Positions 47,352 through 57,839 are shown, numbered from the stretch's first letter. The stretch: 64,000 nucleotides of DNA from Thermoplasmatota archaeon (GCA_041601615.1 JBFIHX010000004.1:1-64000), one strand, 5' to 3'. Numbers and translations: made by a program. The notes: generated by a model not told the origin, from the sequence alone.

Positions 47352-49918
47352 GGATTCACACTGGATGAGGACGGCGATAAGCGTTGGGCAGGGGGCTCCG
47401 GTGTGGCCATCAGCAGCCCCATCCAGTAGACAAACAGCAACAGGGACGCCCAGACCAAGGACAATCCAGGGAGCGTAAACACTTGCAGTTGCACTTGGGT
47501 CGCTTCGGTTTCACCCGCAAATACGCGCCCGCTTGGCTCGTACGCACGAACGAAATCCGAAGCAGCCGTGCAGTTTGCAGACAGGCAAATGCCGTCCACG
47601 GCAAAATACACGTCGCGGTTCCAAGCGCGAACCGTGGCAGGTAGCGGGAAGTGACTGGCGGATTGGCCCTCCCAGTATAGGGTGCCCTCCCCCGTGCCCA
47701 ACCCCCGAACCTGCACCTGAGGATGCAAGGAGGCAACAAACGGCCCCTCCTGCTCTGTGCGAATGCCGGTAAACGTAAGGGTCTCCGTGCCCACTTCGGC
47801 GCTTTCTCCAAGCTCCAAGACCACTTGTTGCTCGCTGCCAAAGTAGGTGGTCGTGGCGTACCCAACGAGCACCAGAAGCACGACCGTGTGCGCGCCCAGC
47901 AATGCAACCTGGCGCAGTTGTCGTTCCGGGTTCTTTGGATTCGGCTTGCGGCTTCGGTTTTTGCGCTCTAGGCCCCAAGCAATGGCCGCGAGCACGGCGC
48001 CGACGCCAAAGCCTGCAAGCGCCCCAACAAGAAGGTGCGTCCGGCCCGGGCTCGGGTCAGAGGCAGTCATGTGCTTCTGGGCGCGGTGAAGGCCATAGAA
48101 CGCGGCGGCGCCAAAGAACAGTTGAGCAGGCCAAACCGGATGCCAGGACAGCGGCCCAAGGCCCACGCGACTTGGAGGATTGATCCAGAACACCACAGCC
48201 AGGAGTGCTGCAATCCACAACATGCTGCGAGCCCAAACCAGAGGCCGAGGGGTTTTGGGTGCCAAGGCGAGCCGGCGCACACGATCGGCGGCAAACAGGA
48301 GGGCGGGAACCGTGAGGCCGAGCACATACGCACCTTCGCGGTGGGCCGGAAACACCGTCGCAGCAAGAGACGCAAGCATGAGAACGACAATCGCAATCTG
48401 CACCGCCCGCCGCCGACCGTGCACCGGGTACGTGACAAAGAGCAAGAGGCCAATGGTGACCGGAGTTGCAAGCCAGGGGAAGCGTGCCGTGTAGAACGCC
48501 TCGCTCCATCCATTGGCAGCGGCGATATGAAAGAGGAAGATTACGAGGAGACCAAGTCCAAGAATCAGAATCGAAGCGTAGGCAAGACCCTGAAGGTCAA
48601 GTCGTTTGAGGCCCCTGCGGCGCGGGTTGGGATCCTCGTCGTCGCTCGCTAGGGCAGGGGCAGCCGCGCCCAGAATCGCGATTGCCGTAATGCCCAGAAG
48701 TCCCAAGCCTGCACGTCCTTGCCCCATCGTGTTCGCCAACTCAAACAGGATGGAAAGGCTGGTGCCCGGAGACAAGAGCGAAAGCACTCCGAACGCCCCA
48801 AGCACCCCTGCCGTGACGCGGGCCACGCGAGGCAGCTTGCCCGTATCCAAAGCCAGTCGACGAGACCAAAGCGCCAAACCAATCAACAGAAGGGCAAGCC
48901 AGAGCGCCACATAGAACCGAAGCCCCTCCTCGACCGCCAGGATGTCCAAGAAACGCCCCGGCGCATCCGGGTTGAAAGTTTGTGTAGGGTCGGTGAACGC
49001 ATGCACGCTGACCCAAAGGCCGCTTCGCGTGCTGATGGTCGAAAACAGCGTCAACAACAGGGGAAGCAGGCCCAAAAAAGGGCCCACAGACCGATACCGT
49101 CCGTGTTTGAGGTGGTGCAATTGTGCGTGCAGGAACACGGTTAGGGCAAGCCACGGCAGAAGGTTTGCCACCTCGACTGGATCCCACGCCCAGTAACCAC
49201 CAAAGCCAAGGGTGTAGTACGCCCAAATGCCACCAAGCCCCATGGCCAAGGTGTACAGGAGCCAGTTCAGGCGGCTTGGAGAGAGGGAAATCGTGCTCCA
49301 TCGATCCGTACCGGAGCTGAGGTGAGCAAGTACCACAGCGGCAGGAACCGTGGTGAGTGCGTAGGCCAGAAACATAATGGGCGGATGGATGAGCATGAAC
49401 GGCGACACGAGCGTCGGGTTCAGGCCGTTGCCCTGCGGACGGCTTTGCAGGAAGAACTCAGGGGTTGCCACGAACAAGTCCTGCACCCAAACAGCGGCCA
49501 GGAATGCGGTTAGGATGCCGGCAAACCACAGCCGAGTCCAGGCACGGGCGCGTTGCTCCATGGTGTCGCTCTCGCAGCGGCCGTCGCGTCGTACGAGCCA
49601 TGCCAGAATGAGGGTCAGATACAAGGTCCAAAGCACGAGGCTTCCCTCGCGTCCGGCCCAGGTCCCTGCGACCTTGAAGCCGAGCCCAAGGTCCGTGCGT
49701 GTGTACAGAAAGACGTACTGGTATTGCACTTGCCCGGCCAAAAACAACACGAGGAGGGTAGCAAATGTACTCACGGTACCCGCCACCGCGACACCTACGC
49801 CCACACGGTGCGCAAGGTCCCAACGGCCCTGGCCGGTGCGCATAGCCATCGCCTGCCCTCCCGTCGCCAACAGCCCGCCAAGAAGCCCAAAAAGAGGAAG
49901 CAGGGCGAGTACGTTCAT
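47348..49918 (-). CDS. ccmF: cytochrome c biogenesis heme lyase CcmF/CcsA family
   Basis: WAGREGSL, GLNPTL, IHPP, GGYWAWDPVE (WWD motif), TRSG..SVHAF. Confidence 0.9.
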   Translation of the reverse strand: MNVLALLPLFGLLGGLLATGGQAMAMRTGQGRWDLAHRVGVGVAVAGTVSTFATLLVLFLAGQVQYQYVFLYTRTDLGLGFKVAGTWAGREGSLVLWTLYLTLILAWLVRRDGRCESDTMEQRARAWTRLWFAGILTAFLAAVWVQDLFVATPEFFLQSRPQGNGLNPTLVSPFMLIHPPIMFLAYALTTVPAAVVLAHLSSGTDRWSTISLSPSRLNWLLYTLAMGLGGIWAYYTLGFGGYWAWDPVEVANLLPWLALTVFLHAQLHHLKHGRYRSVGPFLGLLPLLLTLFSTISTRSGLWVSVHAFTDPTQTFNPDAPGRFLDILAVEEGLRFYVALWLALLLIGLALWSRRLALDTGKLPRVARVTAGVLGAFGVLSLLSPGTSLSILFELANTMGQGRAGLGLLGITAIAILGAAAPALASDDEDPNPRRRGLKRLDLQGLAYASILILGLGLLVIFLFHIAAANGWSEAFYTARFPWLATPVTIGLLLFVTYPVHGRRRAVQIAIVVLMLASLAATVFPAHREGAYVLGLTVPALLFAADRVRRLALAPKTPRPLVWARSMLWIAALLAVVFWINPPSRVGLGPLSWHPVWPAQLFFGAAAFYGLHRAQKHMTASDPSPGRTHLLVGALAGFGVGAVLAAIAWGLERKNRSRKPNPKNPERQLRQVALLGAHTVVLLVLVGYATTTYFGSEQQVVLELGESAEVGTETLTFTGIRTEQEGPFVASLHPQVQVRGLGTGEGTLYWEGQSASHFPLPATVRAWNRDVYFAVDGICLSANCTAASDFVRAYEPSGRVFAGETEATQVQLQVFTLPGLSLVWASLLLFVYWMGLLMATPEPPAQRLSPSSSSVNP

Positions 49919-50880
49919 TCACGTCCTCCAGGTAACTTCACGAAGGCCAAGCCAATCCCAGCAAAGATGGCAATCAGAAAGACAGCCGCCGTCCCAGGAG
50001 GCTGGTAGTAAAGCGCCCCGGCCGAAACGGGCCCACGGTGCGGCTCCAATCCATGCCGTGCCGCGACCTTCTCGATTGCAAGGTCCCCCACGAGGCATGG
50101 CTCGCACCACGTCGCGGAGTAGACCTCCACGAGCACGCCCCGGTCCAACTGCACGGTCGCGATGTCGCTCACCAAAGGATGGTTGGTTGCTTGCACCACC
50201 TCGCCAGCCTCAAACCGAGGCGATTCGGCGCTGCCCTGTTCCACCCAGGCCACGACCAGAACGCGCTCCGGGTCCCATTCGGGCAGGATACGAATTGGAA
50301 CAGTGCGTACGTCGGGAGTACCCGGCAGCGGTTGCACGGCTCCAAGTTCCTGGATCGCCCGCACCGTGAAAGGGTGGTCAAACACACCGTTGGTCAAGCC
50401 CGAAGGTGGCCGGTAGTGCACCGGATCCTCTACGAGTGCCGTCCAAAGTCGAAGGTCCGATTCCGGCAATGGGGTGTCGGTGCCTACGGCCACGCTGGCG
50501 TTCCAAAACATGCCTGCGCCAGTCGTGGCAATCCGAAAGGAGATCGGCGTCGCTTTCTCAAGACGAAACTGCACGGCCCCCTCGTATAGCGCTACGGTCG
50601 CGGCAAGGGGCTCATCGCTCTGGGGCAGGCCCTCGAAAGGAATCATTCCATCCGCGATGAAACCTGGAAATGCCACGGTGTCCGCAAACAGCTGTTCGTT
50701 GCCGTGTCGCACAAAGAATGCGTCCTTGTTGGCTCGATAGGCAAAGCCGAGGGCATCGACGCCATCGTTGGGGTGATGCACCAAGACGGAGACCTCAGGG
50801 CCCTGACGAACAGTGCCTTCTGGTTGGGCCAGAATCGACGGCACCAACAGCAGAGCCGCCACAAGCAGCCACCCGCGCAT
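49915..50880 (-). CDS. secreted thioredoxin/Omp28-like protein, C-terminally anchored
   Basis: signal peptide, LVED..H..TVR Ig-like part, VYSATWCEPC, C-terminal TM. Confidence 0.7.
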   Translation of the reverse strand: MRGWLLVAALLLVPSILAQPEGTVRQGPEVSVLVHHPNDGVDALGFAYRANKDAFFVRHGNEQLFADTVAFPGFIADGMIPFEGLPQSDEPLAATVALYEGAVQFRLEKATPISFRIATTGAGMFWNASVAVGTDTPLPESDLRLWTALVEDPVHYRPPSGLTNGVFDHPFTVRAIQELGAVQPLPGTPDVRTVPIRILPEWDPERVLVVAWVEQGSAESPRFEAGEVVQATNHPLVSDIATVQLDRGVLVEVYSATWCEPCLVGDLAIEKVAARHGLEPHRGPVSAGALYYQPPGTAAVFLIAIFAGIGLAFVKLPGGRE

Positions 50881-50900
50881 GGTCGTCCGACGCCGGGACC

Positions 50901-51923
50901 CTACATGGGCTTGGTGGCAAGGGCTTTCCTGGCGGCAGTGGACAGTCCAAGTCGCTGCAATTCCGGTTCGGGAACCCATCGAGCGTCGCCTCGAAGCGTC
51001 CCGCCCTGCCAAACGGCTTCGTGGATGGCCATGCGCCAGAGCCGATGCGTGAACCGATGCTCCACTTCTGCTGGAGCCCCCTTGGTTCGCACTTGGATGC
51101 CGGTTTGCGCGTGGACGTGGTCTTCGAGAGGAGCAGCCGGGTCTCCACCGGGGAGCATCCATGTTCGCGCCAACAAGCCGGTCTCAGGCCGACGCACCAG
51201 CAAAACACAGCCCTGGTCTCGAATGACCGCAAGATTCAGGTGCTCCACGGGCACGTCCTTTCGACTTTTGGGTGGCGGAATCGTCGCCTGGAGACCCCCG
51301 GCACGGGCTTGGCAGTGCAGCGCAATGGGACAAACCTCGCAAAGGGGGACTTGACCGCACACGGTGGCACCCAAATCCATGAGTGCTTGGTTCCAATCCC
51401 CGGGGCGCTCAGGGTCTACGAATTGGGCGGCCGCCTCCTCCATGCGACAGCGTGGAATGATGTCTCTTGGGTCGCCTTGCTCTGCCAAAAGCCGAGCCGT
51501 GACACGCACCACGTTGCCGTCCACTGCAGGCACGGGCAGCCCGAACGCGATGCTGGCGATCGCACCACTAGTGTAGGCGCCGATGCCCGGAAGTGCTTGC
51601 AAATCCTCTACGGTCTCGGGAAATGATCCGGCATCCACGATGGCTTTGGCCGCACTGTGTAGAAACCGTGCCCGCCTGTAGTATCCGAGACCCGACCATT
51701 GTCCAAGCACCTGATCTTCGCTGGCGGCTGCCAATGCCTCGACCGTGGGAAACGCTTCAATCCAGCGGGCAAAATACGCCTTGACCGTCTCCACGCGGGT
51801 CTGTTGGAGCATCACTTCACTAATCCAGACACAGTAGGGGTCCTGGTTTTGGCGCCACGGTAAGTCGCGGGCGTGCTGATCGTACCAACCGAGCAACTCC
51901 GATCGCAGCCTCGGCACGTCCAC
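50901..51923 (-). CDS. mutY: A/G-specific adenine glycosylase
   Basis: RDLPWR, VWISEVMLQQT, WSGLGYYRRAR, LPGIGAYT, VDGNV, FeS Cys cluster, HRFTH. Confidence 0.95.
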   Translation of the reverse strand: MDVPRLRSELLGWYDQHARDLPWRQNQDPYCVWISEVMLQQTRVETVKAYFARWIEAFPTVEALAAASEDQVLGQWSGLGYYRRARFLHSAAKAIVDAGSFPETVEDLQALPGIGAYTSGAIASIAFGLPVPAVDGNVVRVTARLLAEQGDPRDIIPRCRMEEAAAQFVDPERPGDWNQALMDLGATVCGQVPLCEVCPIALHCQARAGGLQATIPPPKSRKDVPVEHLNLAVIRDQGCVLLVRRPETGLLARTWMLPGGDPAAPLEDHVHAQTGIQVRTKGAPAEVEHRFTHRLWRMAIHEAVWQGGTLRGDARWVPEPELQRLGLSTAARKALATKPM

Positions 51924-52119
51924 GAGGGCGCCACTCGCCTTGGACGCATGAACCCCGCGCCCGCGCCGAAATCGACCCAAATAATTTCACCAAGATTGAG
52001 AATTTTTTTGTGCTCTTATAGTTCCATGGCGGGGAACATCATGGCTAGAAGGCTTGAGTACACCAAAGCGATTCCACATGGACGTGCCAAATCGATGGCA
52101 CATGGAACCAGTGGATACC

Positions 52120-53868
52120 ATGTTCAGACAACAACTCAACGCAGCCATCGCATTTGGCTTGCTGGCCGCAACTCTCGTCTCCGGACTCAGCCCCGAACCG
52201 CCCGCCGTCGCACGCGCCACTATTGACCTCGGAGGCGTGGATCTGTCCCCGGTCTTTGATGAACCATGGTGGCCAGAATGGCTCGCGTACAACGACCTTG
52301 ACGGAGACCGCATCGAGGACGCCGCCCAAAGAGAAACCCACCGCATTCTCTCCAGCGGCACCGGCCAATCCCTAGCACTGCTCATCAACTACGACCGCGC
52401 CGCAACACCCGCCGACGCAGACGCCCTTCGATTGCTTGGCGGCGTCGTGCTGCACGAATTCACCTGGATTCCCACCATTCTCGCAGCCATTCCCGCAGCT
52501 GCCGTACCCGCCATCTCGCAATTGCCCGGCGTCGTCGCCGTGGAATGGGACCGCCCCCTCGTGCCCTTGCTCGACAAATCCGGCCCCGCCACAGGCGCCG
52601 TGGAAGATCCCGGCTCCGGCCCCTACAACGGCTACACCGCAGAAGCCCTCGGATACACCGGCTCCGGCATGGTCGTCGCAGTCATCGACACCGGCGTCTC
52701 CCAAGGCCACCCGGCGTTTGCGGGCAAATGGGTCACGGGTGCGCTCACCAGCCTCCTGGGATCCTACTACGGTGGCTTCGTCAGCAGCCCCGTCAGCGCC
52801 ATCCAATGCGCCGACCCCCTCGACGACGGCGGACACGGCACACACGTTGCAGGCACCGCCGTAGGCAACCACGCAGGCAACAACCACAAGGGCACCGCCA
52901 AGGACGCCAAACTCGTAGAGATCAAAATCGACGTGGGCGGCGCCTCGGGCGTCTACGGCACCATCCTGTACCCCTTCAGCATCGGCGGCGGAGACGAAGT
53001 CGCCTTCGAATGGGTGCTCTCCTACAACAGCGCCATCGACGCAGGCTCCCCCCTATGCGGGGTATCCAGCAGCGACCGCATCGACGTGGCCACCATGAGC
53101 TTCGGCTCCACCGGCGCCGGCGGCATCAACGCAGGCACCATGGAAGCCGTCCAACAACAAATGGTCGCAAACGGCGTCGTCACCACCATCGCCGCCGGCA
53201 ACGTCGGAGGCAGCGAATTCACCATCTCCAGCCCCGGCAACGCCGCCGCCACCATCAGTGTCGCCAACAGCAACGACAAGAACACCGTAACGCGCACCGA
53301 CGACAGCCTCGCCGGCTCCAGCAGCCGCGGACCCAACCAAGGCAGCGCCAGCAACCTTGCAGGCCTCACCGATCGCTACCGCAAACCCGACCTCGCAGCA
53401 CCCGGCACCAACATCATGGCACCCAACACCTACGAAGGCATCTACCGCCAATACGGCCTCCCGATCGGCGCCTCCGAATACGTCAGCAAAACCGGCACCA
53501 GCATGGCGACCCCCCACGTCGCCGGCATCGCCGCACTCCTCATCGAAGCAGGAGAAAGCGTCAAAGGAGCCACAGGCGGCGTCAACCTCATGCGCCCCAC
53601 CGGCGACGGCTACGACGCCAGCGGCAACTATGCAATCGGCGAACACCCCGTCCGCGACGCACTGATCCACAGCACCGACTACAAAACTAGCGGCGTCACC
53701 TCCGCCATGCTCACCAAATGGCAAGGCAACAACAACAATGGCGTCAACTGGAACAACGGCTACGGCTACGGCCACGTCGACGCCTTCGCCGCCTTGTGCT
53801 GGGCCTGGAACAACGTGTTGATTCCCGGCGGCGCCACCGCGACCGCCGCCGTCACCACCAAGTGCTAA
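52120..53868 (+). CDS. secreted S8 subtilase with propeptide
   Basis: VIDTG, GHGTHVAG, AAGN, GTSMATPHVAG. Confidence 0.93.
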   Translation: MFRQQLNAAIAFGLLAATLVSGLSPEPPAVARATIDLGGVDLSPVFDEPWWPEWLAYNDLDGDRIEDAAQRETHRILSSGTGQSLALLINYDRAATPADADALRLLGGVVLHEFTWIPTILAAIPAAAVPAISQLPGVVAVEWDRPLVPLLDKSGPATGAVEDPGSGPYNGYTAEALGYTGSGMVVAVIDTGVSQGHPAFAGKWVTGALTSLLGSYYGGFVSSPVSAIQCADPLDDGGHGTHVAGTAVGNHAGNNHKGTAKDAKLVEIKIDVGGASGVYGTILYPFSIGGGDEVAFEWVLSYNSAIDAGSPLCGVSSSDRIDVATMSFGSTGAGGINAGTMEAVQQQMVANGVVTTIAAGNVGGSEFTISSPGNAAATISVANSNDKNTVTRTDDSLAGSSSRGPNQGSASNLAGLTDRYRKPDLAAPGTNIMAPNTYEGIYRQYGLPIGASEYVSKTGTSMATPHVAGIAALLIEAGESVKGATGGVNLMRPTGDGYDASGNYAIGEHPVRDALIHSTDYKTSGVTSAMLTKWQGNNNNGVNWNNGYGYGHVDAFAALCWAWNNVLIPGGATATAAVTTKC

Positions 53869-54029
53869 ACGAACCGCAATCAACCCCGCCTGCCCCGACG
53901 AATCCCAAGGACCAGGGCCCCCTTGCACCGTCGGGGCAGGCCACACCCCCTGCTGCCAAAGCCAGGCTACAAAAAAATCAGCGCTGGGTCGCCGCAAGGC
54001 TGAAGTGGCGAAGGCGCCGCTTCGAACCG

Positions 54030-55418
54030 ATGCGACTGCTTGCCGTGGTGTTCCTAGTGCTCCTGCCCCTTGCCGGCTGCCTGGATGACCCATCTGATTC
54101 CGACGGACTCAACACCCCAGGACCCGCCGCCGCACTGCCCCCCGGCGTGCACATCTTTGGCGGCAACACCACAGACATCGCAGACCGCCTGCTTGGACAC
54201 GCCGAATACGTCCTCACCGGCTACCAAGGAGCCGAACCCAACATCGGCGCCACCAGCACCGGCAGCCTGTTCGTTTCCGCCGGCAGCATCGTGCTTCGCA
54301 GCCAAGACGAAGGCCGCACCTGGCACCCCGTGCAAGAACACCTGCTTCTCAACAGCGACCCCATGCTCTGGGTCGACCCCTGGACCGACTGCATCTACAA
54401 CGTCCCGATGTTCCCCATCCTGCTTGGTGCAACCCTCTACCGCTCCTGCGACGACGGCGACACTTGGACTCCGATTCACTCCCAAAACATGGGCCACGGC
54501 GTCTACGACCACCAAAAACTCGCAAGCGCCCTACCCGGCCCGGACGCACCCCCCATAGCGGGTGCTGCCTACCCCACCGTCCTCATCATCTGCTACAACG
54601 CACTCGTAGCCACCCATTGCGCCATGAGCTTTGATGGAGGCATCACCTGGCCCATCGACCAACCCATCTGGGACACCGTGCGAGGCCCCGACTGCGCCGG
54701 CCAACAAAGCCACCCCACCGGAGCCCCCGACGGCACCATCGTCGTCGCCAAAGCATGGGGCTGCGCAGAGCCGCTCATCTACATCAGCACCGACTCAGGA
54801 ATCACATGGCAAGTGCGCCCCGGACCCACAGGCATCGGCGCAGACACCCTCGACCCTGAAATTGCATTCACAAGCGACGGCGCCATGTACATGCTCTGGC
54901 AAAGTGCACCCGACGAAAGCCGCGCCCACCTCGCCCGCAGTGACGACATGGGCCAGACCTGGCAAGGACCCTGGGACGTCACCCCGCCCGGCATGGACAG
55001 CACCATCTTTGCAGCACTCGCCGCCGGCACCCCAGGCCGCGTCGCCCTCGCCTTCCACGCCACCAACGCCTCCGGCGCCCCCGGCGAAGTCGAAGACACG
55101 GCCCAATGGCACACCTACATCGTCACCTCCGAGAACGCCGACACCGACAACCCCACGTTCGTCAGCCACCAAGCCCAAACCGACCCAGTCCAAGTAGGAA
55201 GCATCTGCAAAGGCAACCGAGGATGCACGGGAGGAAACCGCAACCTCCTCGACTTCATCGATGGCGCCATCACCCCCGACGGCACCTTCTACGTCGCCTA
55301 CGCCGAAGGATGCACCGAAACCTGCGCCGACAACCCCAACGCCAAGCCCCAAGACAGCCGCGACCGCGCCACAAGTGTTGCCATGCTGCGCGACTGGTCC
55401 CTGTACGCCGACGCCTAA
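54030..55418 (+). CDS. BNR/Asp-box (sialidase-like) beta-propeller lipoprotein
   Basis: LAGC lipobox; repeated S.D.G.TW Asp boxes. Confidence 0.85.
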   Translation: MRLLAVVFLVLLPLAGCLDDPSDSDGLNTPGPAAALPPGVHIFGGNTTDIADRLLGHAEYVLTGYQGAEPNIGATSTGSLFVSAGSIVLRSQDEGRTWHPVQEHLLLNSDPMLWVDPWTDCIYNVPMFPILLGATLYRSCDDGDTWTPIHSQNMGHGVYDHQKLASALPGPDAPPIAGAAYPTVLIICYNALVATHCAMSFDGGITWPIDQPIWDTVRGPDCAGQQSHPTGAPDGTIVVAKAWGCAEPLIYISTDSGITWQVRPGPTGIGADTLDPEIAFTSDGAMYMLWQSAPDESRAHLARSDDMGQTWQGPWDVTPPGMDSTIFAALAAGTPGRVALAFHATNASGAPGEVEDTAQWHTYIVTSENADTDNPTFVSHQAQTDPVQVGSICKGNRGCTGGNRNLLDFIDGAITPDGTFYVAYAEGCTETCADNPNAKPQDSRDRATSVAMLRDWSLYADA

Positions 55419-55488
55419 CTCGCCACCGCGTCGCGCGATTGCCTCAAAAAGCCGCAAGGTCCAAGGCAACGAGCACCCAACCTACACC

Positions 55489-55662
55489 ATGGACCCAACC
55501 GGAGGCATTCCAAGCGCTTGCCCCTACTGTCAAAGTCCACGCATAGGCCCAATCCAGGACCCCGACATCACCGCGTTGCCCGGCACTCCAACAGCGCCCA
55601 CGCCCTACCCCGGCGTGCTAACCTGCCGCGACTGCGGCGCGATCATTCAGTGGGAACCTTGA
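55489..55662 (+). CDS. small zinc-finger protein (57 aa)
   Basis: CPYC...CRDCG. Confidence 0.55.
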   Translation: MDPTGGIPSACPYCQSPRIGPIQDPDITALPGTPTAPTPYPGVLTCRDCGAIIQWEP

Positions 55663-55674
55663 AGATCGGCCGGT

Positions 55675-56529
55675 TTAGCCCGTCGGATCCCGCCACGGCC
55701 CATCCGCAATGAAAGACCAGTCCTCAGTTGGAACTTGATCATAGAACTGCGTCAGAAAAATCTCGAATCGCTGCTCGACTACAACCGTCGGCTGCGACTT
55801 ACCAGGAAACACACGCACCAAGTACGAGCGATAATCCTCGCCATGCGCCGGCGGCATCTCTTCGCCATCCACCTTCAAAATCTGCGGACTCTGGCCATCC
55901 ACTTGCACATGGTCCTCCGGTACCACCGTCGTTTCATTCATGATGCCAATGCTCAACGTGTCCCCGATGCCACTGGACGGCTCCCAAATCATCTCCGCCT
56001 GGATGTACGTCACCGGCCGCTGCACAAACGTGTCAAACGTATTGATGGACGCAGCAAAGGCACAGGGATTGACGCCTCGCCCATAGACTCCAGTGACACC
56101 TAGGCCCACGCCGCATTGCAGGAAGCCATTGTAATTGAGCAACTCTGAAAACGGCAAACTGGACACATCCACCACCAACTGAATCTTCACCACAGGAGGC
56201 CGATCCACTCCCGCCACCACATCCGTACTAACCTGCAACGTCGAGTAACCCGCCTTCGTGGCCGTCAAGAAATACGTCCCCGGTTCAAGGTCGGCAAAGA
56301 CAAACAAGCCGTCCTTGTCCGAAAGCGTCTCCCGGCCGTCCTGCATCGCCACCGTCGCCGCCGAAAGGGGCGTGAACGTTGCATCCACCACAACGCCACG
56401 AATCACTCCCGTGGAATCAGTCGCCTTTGTCTCCAAATTTTCGAACTCTTCCGGCTCATTATTGGGTGCCGCACTCTCGGCACAACCAGACAGCAACAAC
56501 ACTCCAAGTAGGAGCCACAGCACACGCAT
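55675..56529 (-). CDS. carboxypeptidase-regulatory-like domain lipoprotein
   Basis: LSGC lipobox, GVIRGVVVD, LEPGTY; EQRFEIF..FY tail. Confidence 0.78.
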   Translation of the reverse strand: MRVLWLLLGVLLLSGCAESAAPNNEPEEFENLETKATDSTGVIRGVVVDATFTPLSAATVAMQDGRETLSDKDGLFVFADLEPGTYFLTATKAGYSTLQVSTDVVAGVDRPPVVKIQLVVDVSSLPFSELLNYNGFLQCGVGLGVTGVYGRGVNPCAFAASINTFDTFVQRPVTYIQAEMIWEPSSGIGDTLSIGIMNETTVVPEDHVQVDGQSPQILKVDGEEMPPAHGEDYRSYLVRVFPGKSQPTVVVEQRFEIFLTQFYDQVPTEDWSFIADGPWRDPTG

Positions 56530-56631
56530 GGGTCGGCACTGGCAGCATGGACCCAAAACCATTGCCGTCGCATCGCCACGCGATGAGCCCGCGCAGCAAA
56601 CATCATCAACCAACCCCGGCTCGCGCGACCC

Positions 56632-57054
56632 ATGGCGAGGGAAATCCCCGTCGAGGAACACCTCGAAAAGCAGTTGGCGGCCGGCCGCAAGGTCATCGCG
56701 AACGATGCACAGAGCCGCGCCTTGTTTGCGCAGCTCAAATCCGAGTGCCCCGACGTGGACGAAGACGCAATCGTGCGCGCCTTTGCGACACCCGGCTTCG
56801 GCACCAAAAACGTCGAGGCGGCCGTGGTCGCCACCGTGCGCCAAAAGCAATTCAACGCGCAAAACCCGCGCCCCGCGTACAAGGACATCTACGCCCACCT
56901 TCTACCCGAAGAAATGGCCGACGACATCCGCGACGACCCCGAATACCGCGGCCAATTTGCCGACCTTCTTGGAGAAATCGAAGAAGAATTCGACCCCGAC
57001 GGCGGCATCAACGACACCGAGATGCGCCGCGAGATCAAGGAAGCCCTAGCGTAA
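56632..57054 (+). CDS. hypothetical acidic protein translationally coupled to nucS
   Basis: TAATG stop/start overlap at 57052-57056. Confidence 0.65.
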   Translation: MAREIPVEEHLEKQLAAGRKVIANDAQSRALFAQLKSECPDVDEDAIVRAFATPGFGTKNVEAAVVATVRQKQFNAQNPRPAYKDIYAHLLPEEMADDIRDDPEYRGQFADLLGEIEEEFDPDGGINDTEMRREIKEALA

Positions 57055-57839
57055 TGCAGCTCGTCCGTGACCCGGACGCAGCGACCGCACTCACCTTCCT
57101 GCGCGCAGAACTCACATCCCTGCGAGAAGAAAAGGGCCGCATGATCCAGGTGGTCGCCGACTGCGCCATCCAATACCAAGGCCGCGCTCGCAGCATGCTC
57201 CACCGAGGCGAACGCCTCCTGCTGCTGAAGCCCGACGGCACATTCCTCGTCCACACGGCCACGAAGGCAAAGCCGGTCAACTGGCAACCCCCCGGCGCCA
57301 CGTTCCACGCCGAGATCGAAGAAAACCAACTCGTCTTGACCGCATACCGGCCCAAGCCCGAGGAAATCGTCAAGGTCACGTTCCACGACATCCGCATCTG
57401 CCTTGCCGTGCCGCTGCGCGACGCCGAAGAATTGGCCCTCGTGGGCAGCGAAGACGACCTGCAAGAGCTCCTGTTCAAGCACCCAGAACTGGTCGAGCCT
57501 GGCTTTGTGCCCCGCCGCCGCGAACGAGACACCAAACAGGGCTACTACGACCTCGACGGCGACGACGCCACCGGCCGCCGCCTCGTCGTAGAGGTCAAGC
57601 GCGGCACCGCCGGCCTCAAGGACGCCCAGCAACTCTGGCGCTACGTCGAACCCTTGCGGGCCCAGAACCCAGACGGAAAAGTTCGAGGCGTACTCATCGC
57701 CCCCCGCGTCGCCGACAAGGCCCGCGCCCTCCTCTCTGACCACGACCTAGAATGGAAGGAATTAGACTGGGACGACGTACTGCCCAAAGTCGAGCGTATG
57801 CGCCGCGTCGGGCAAGTGGGCCTCGGATCGTTTTCGTAA
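57054..57839 (+). CDS. nucS: endonuclease NucS/EndoMS
   Basis: YQGRARS, LLKPDGTFLVH, PVNWQPPG, SEDDLQ, VVEVKR, QLWRY, RGVLIAP. Confidence 0.94.
   Translation: MQLVRDPDAATALTFLRAELTSLREEKGRMIQVVADCAIQYQGRARSMLHRGERLLLLKPDGTFLVHTATKAKPVNWQPPGATFHAEIEENQLVLTAYRPKPEEIVKVTFHDIRICLAVPLRDAEELALVGSEDDLQELLFKHPELVEPGFVPRRRERDTKQGYYDLDGDDATGRRLVVEVKRGTAGLKDAQQLWRYVEPLRAQNPDGKVRGVLIAPRVADKARALLSDHDLEWKELDWDDVLPKVERMRRVGQVGLGSFS
57768..57839 (+). repeat. left 72-bp direct repeat (nucS 3' end, putative attL)
   Basis: 65/72 identical to 63681-63752. Confidence 0.9.
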
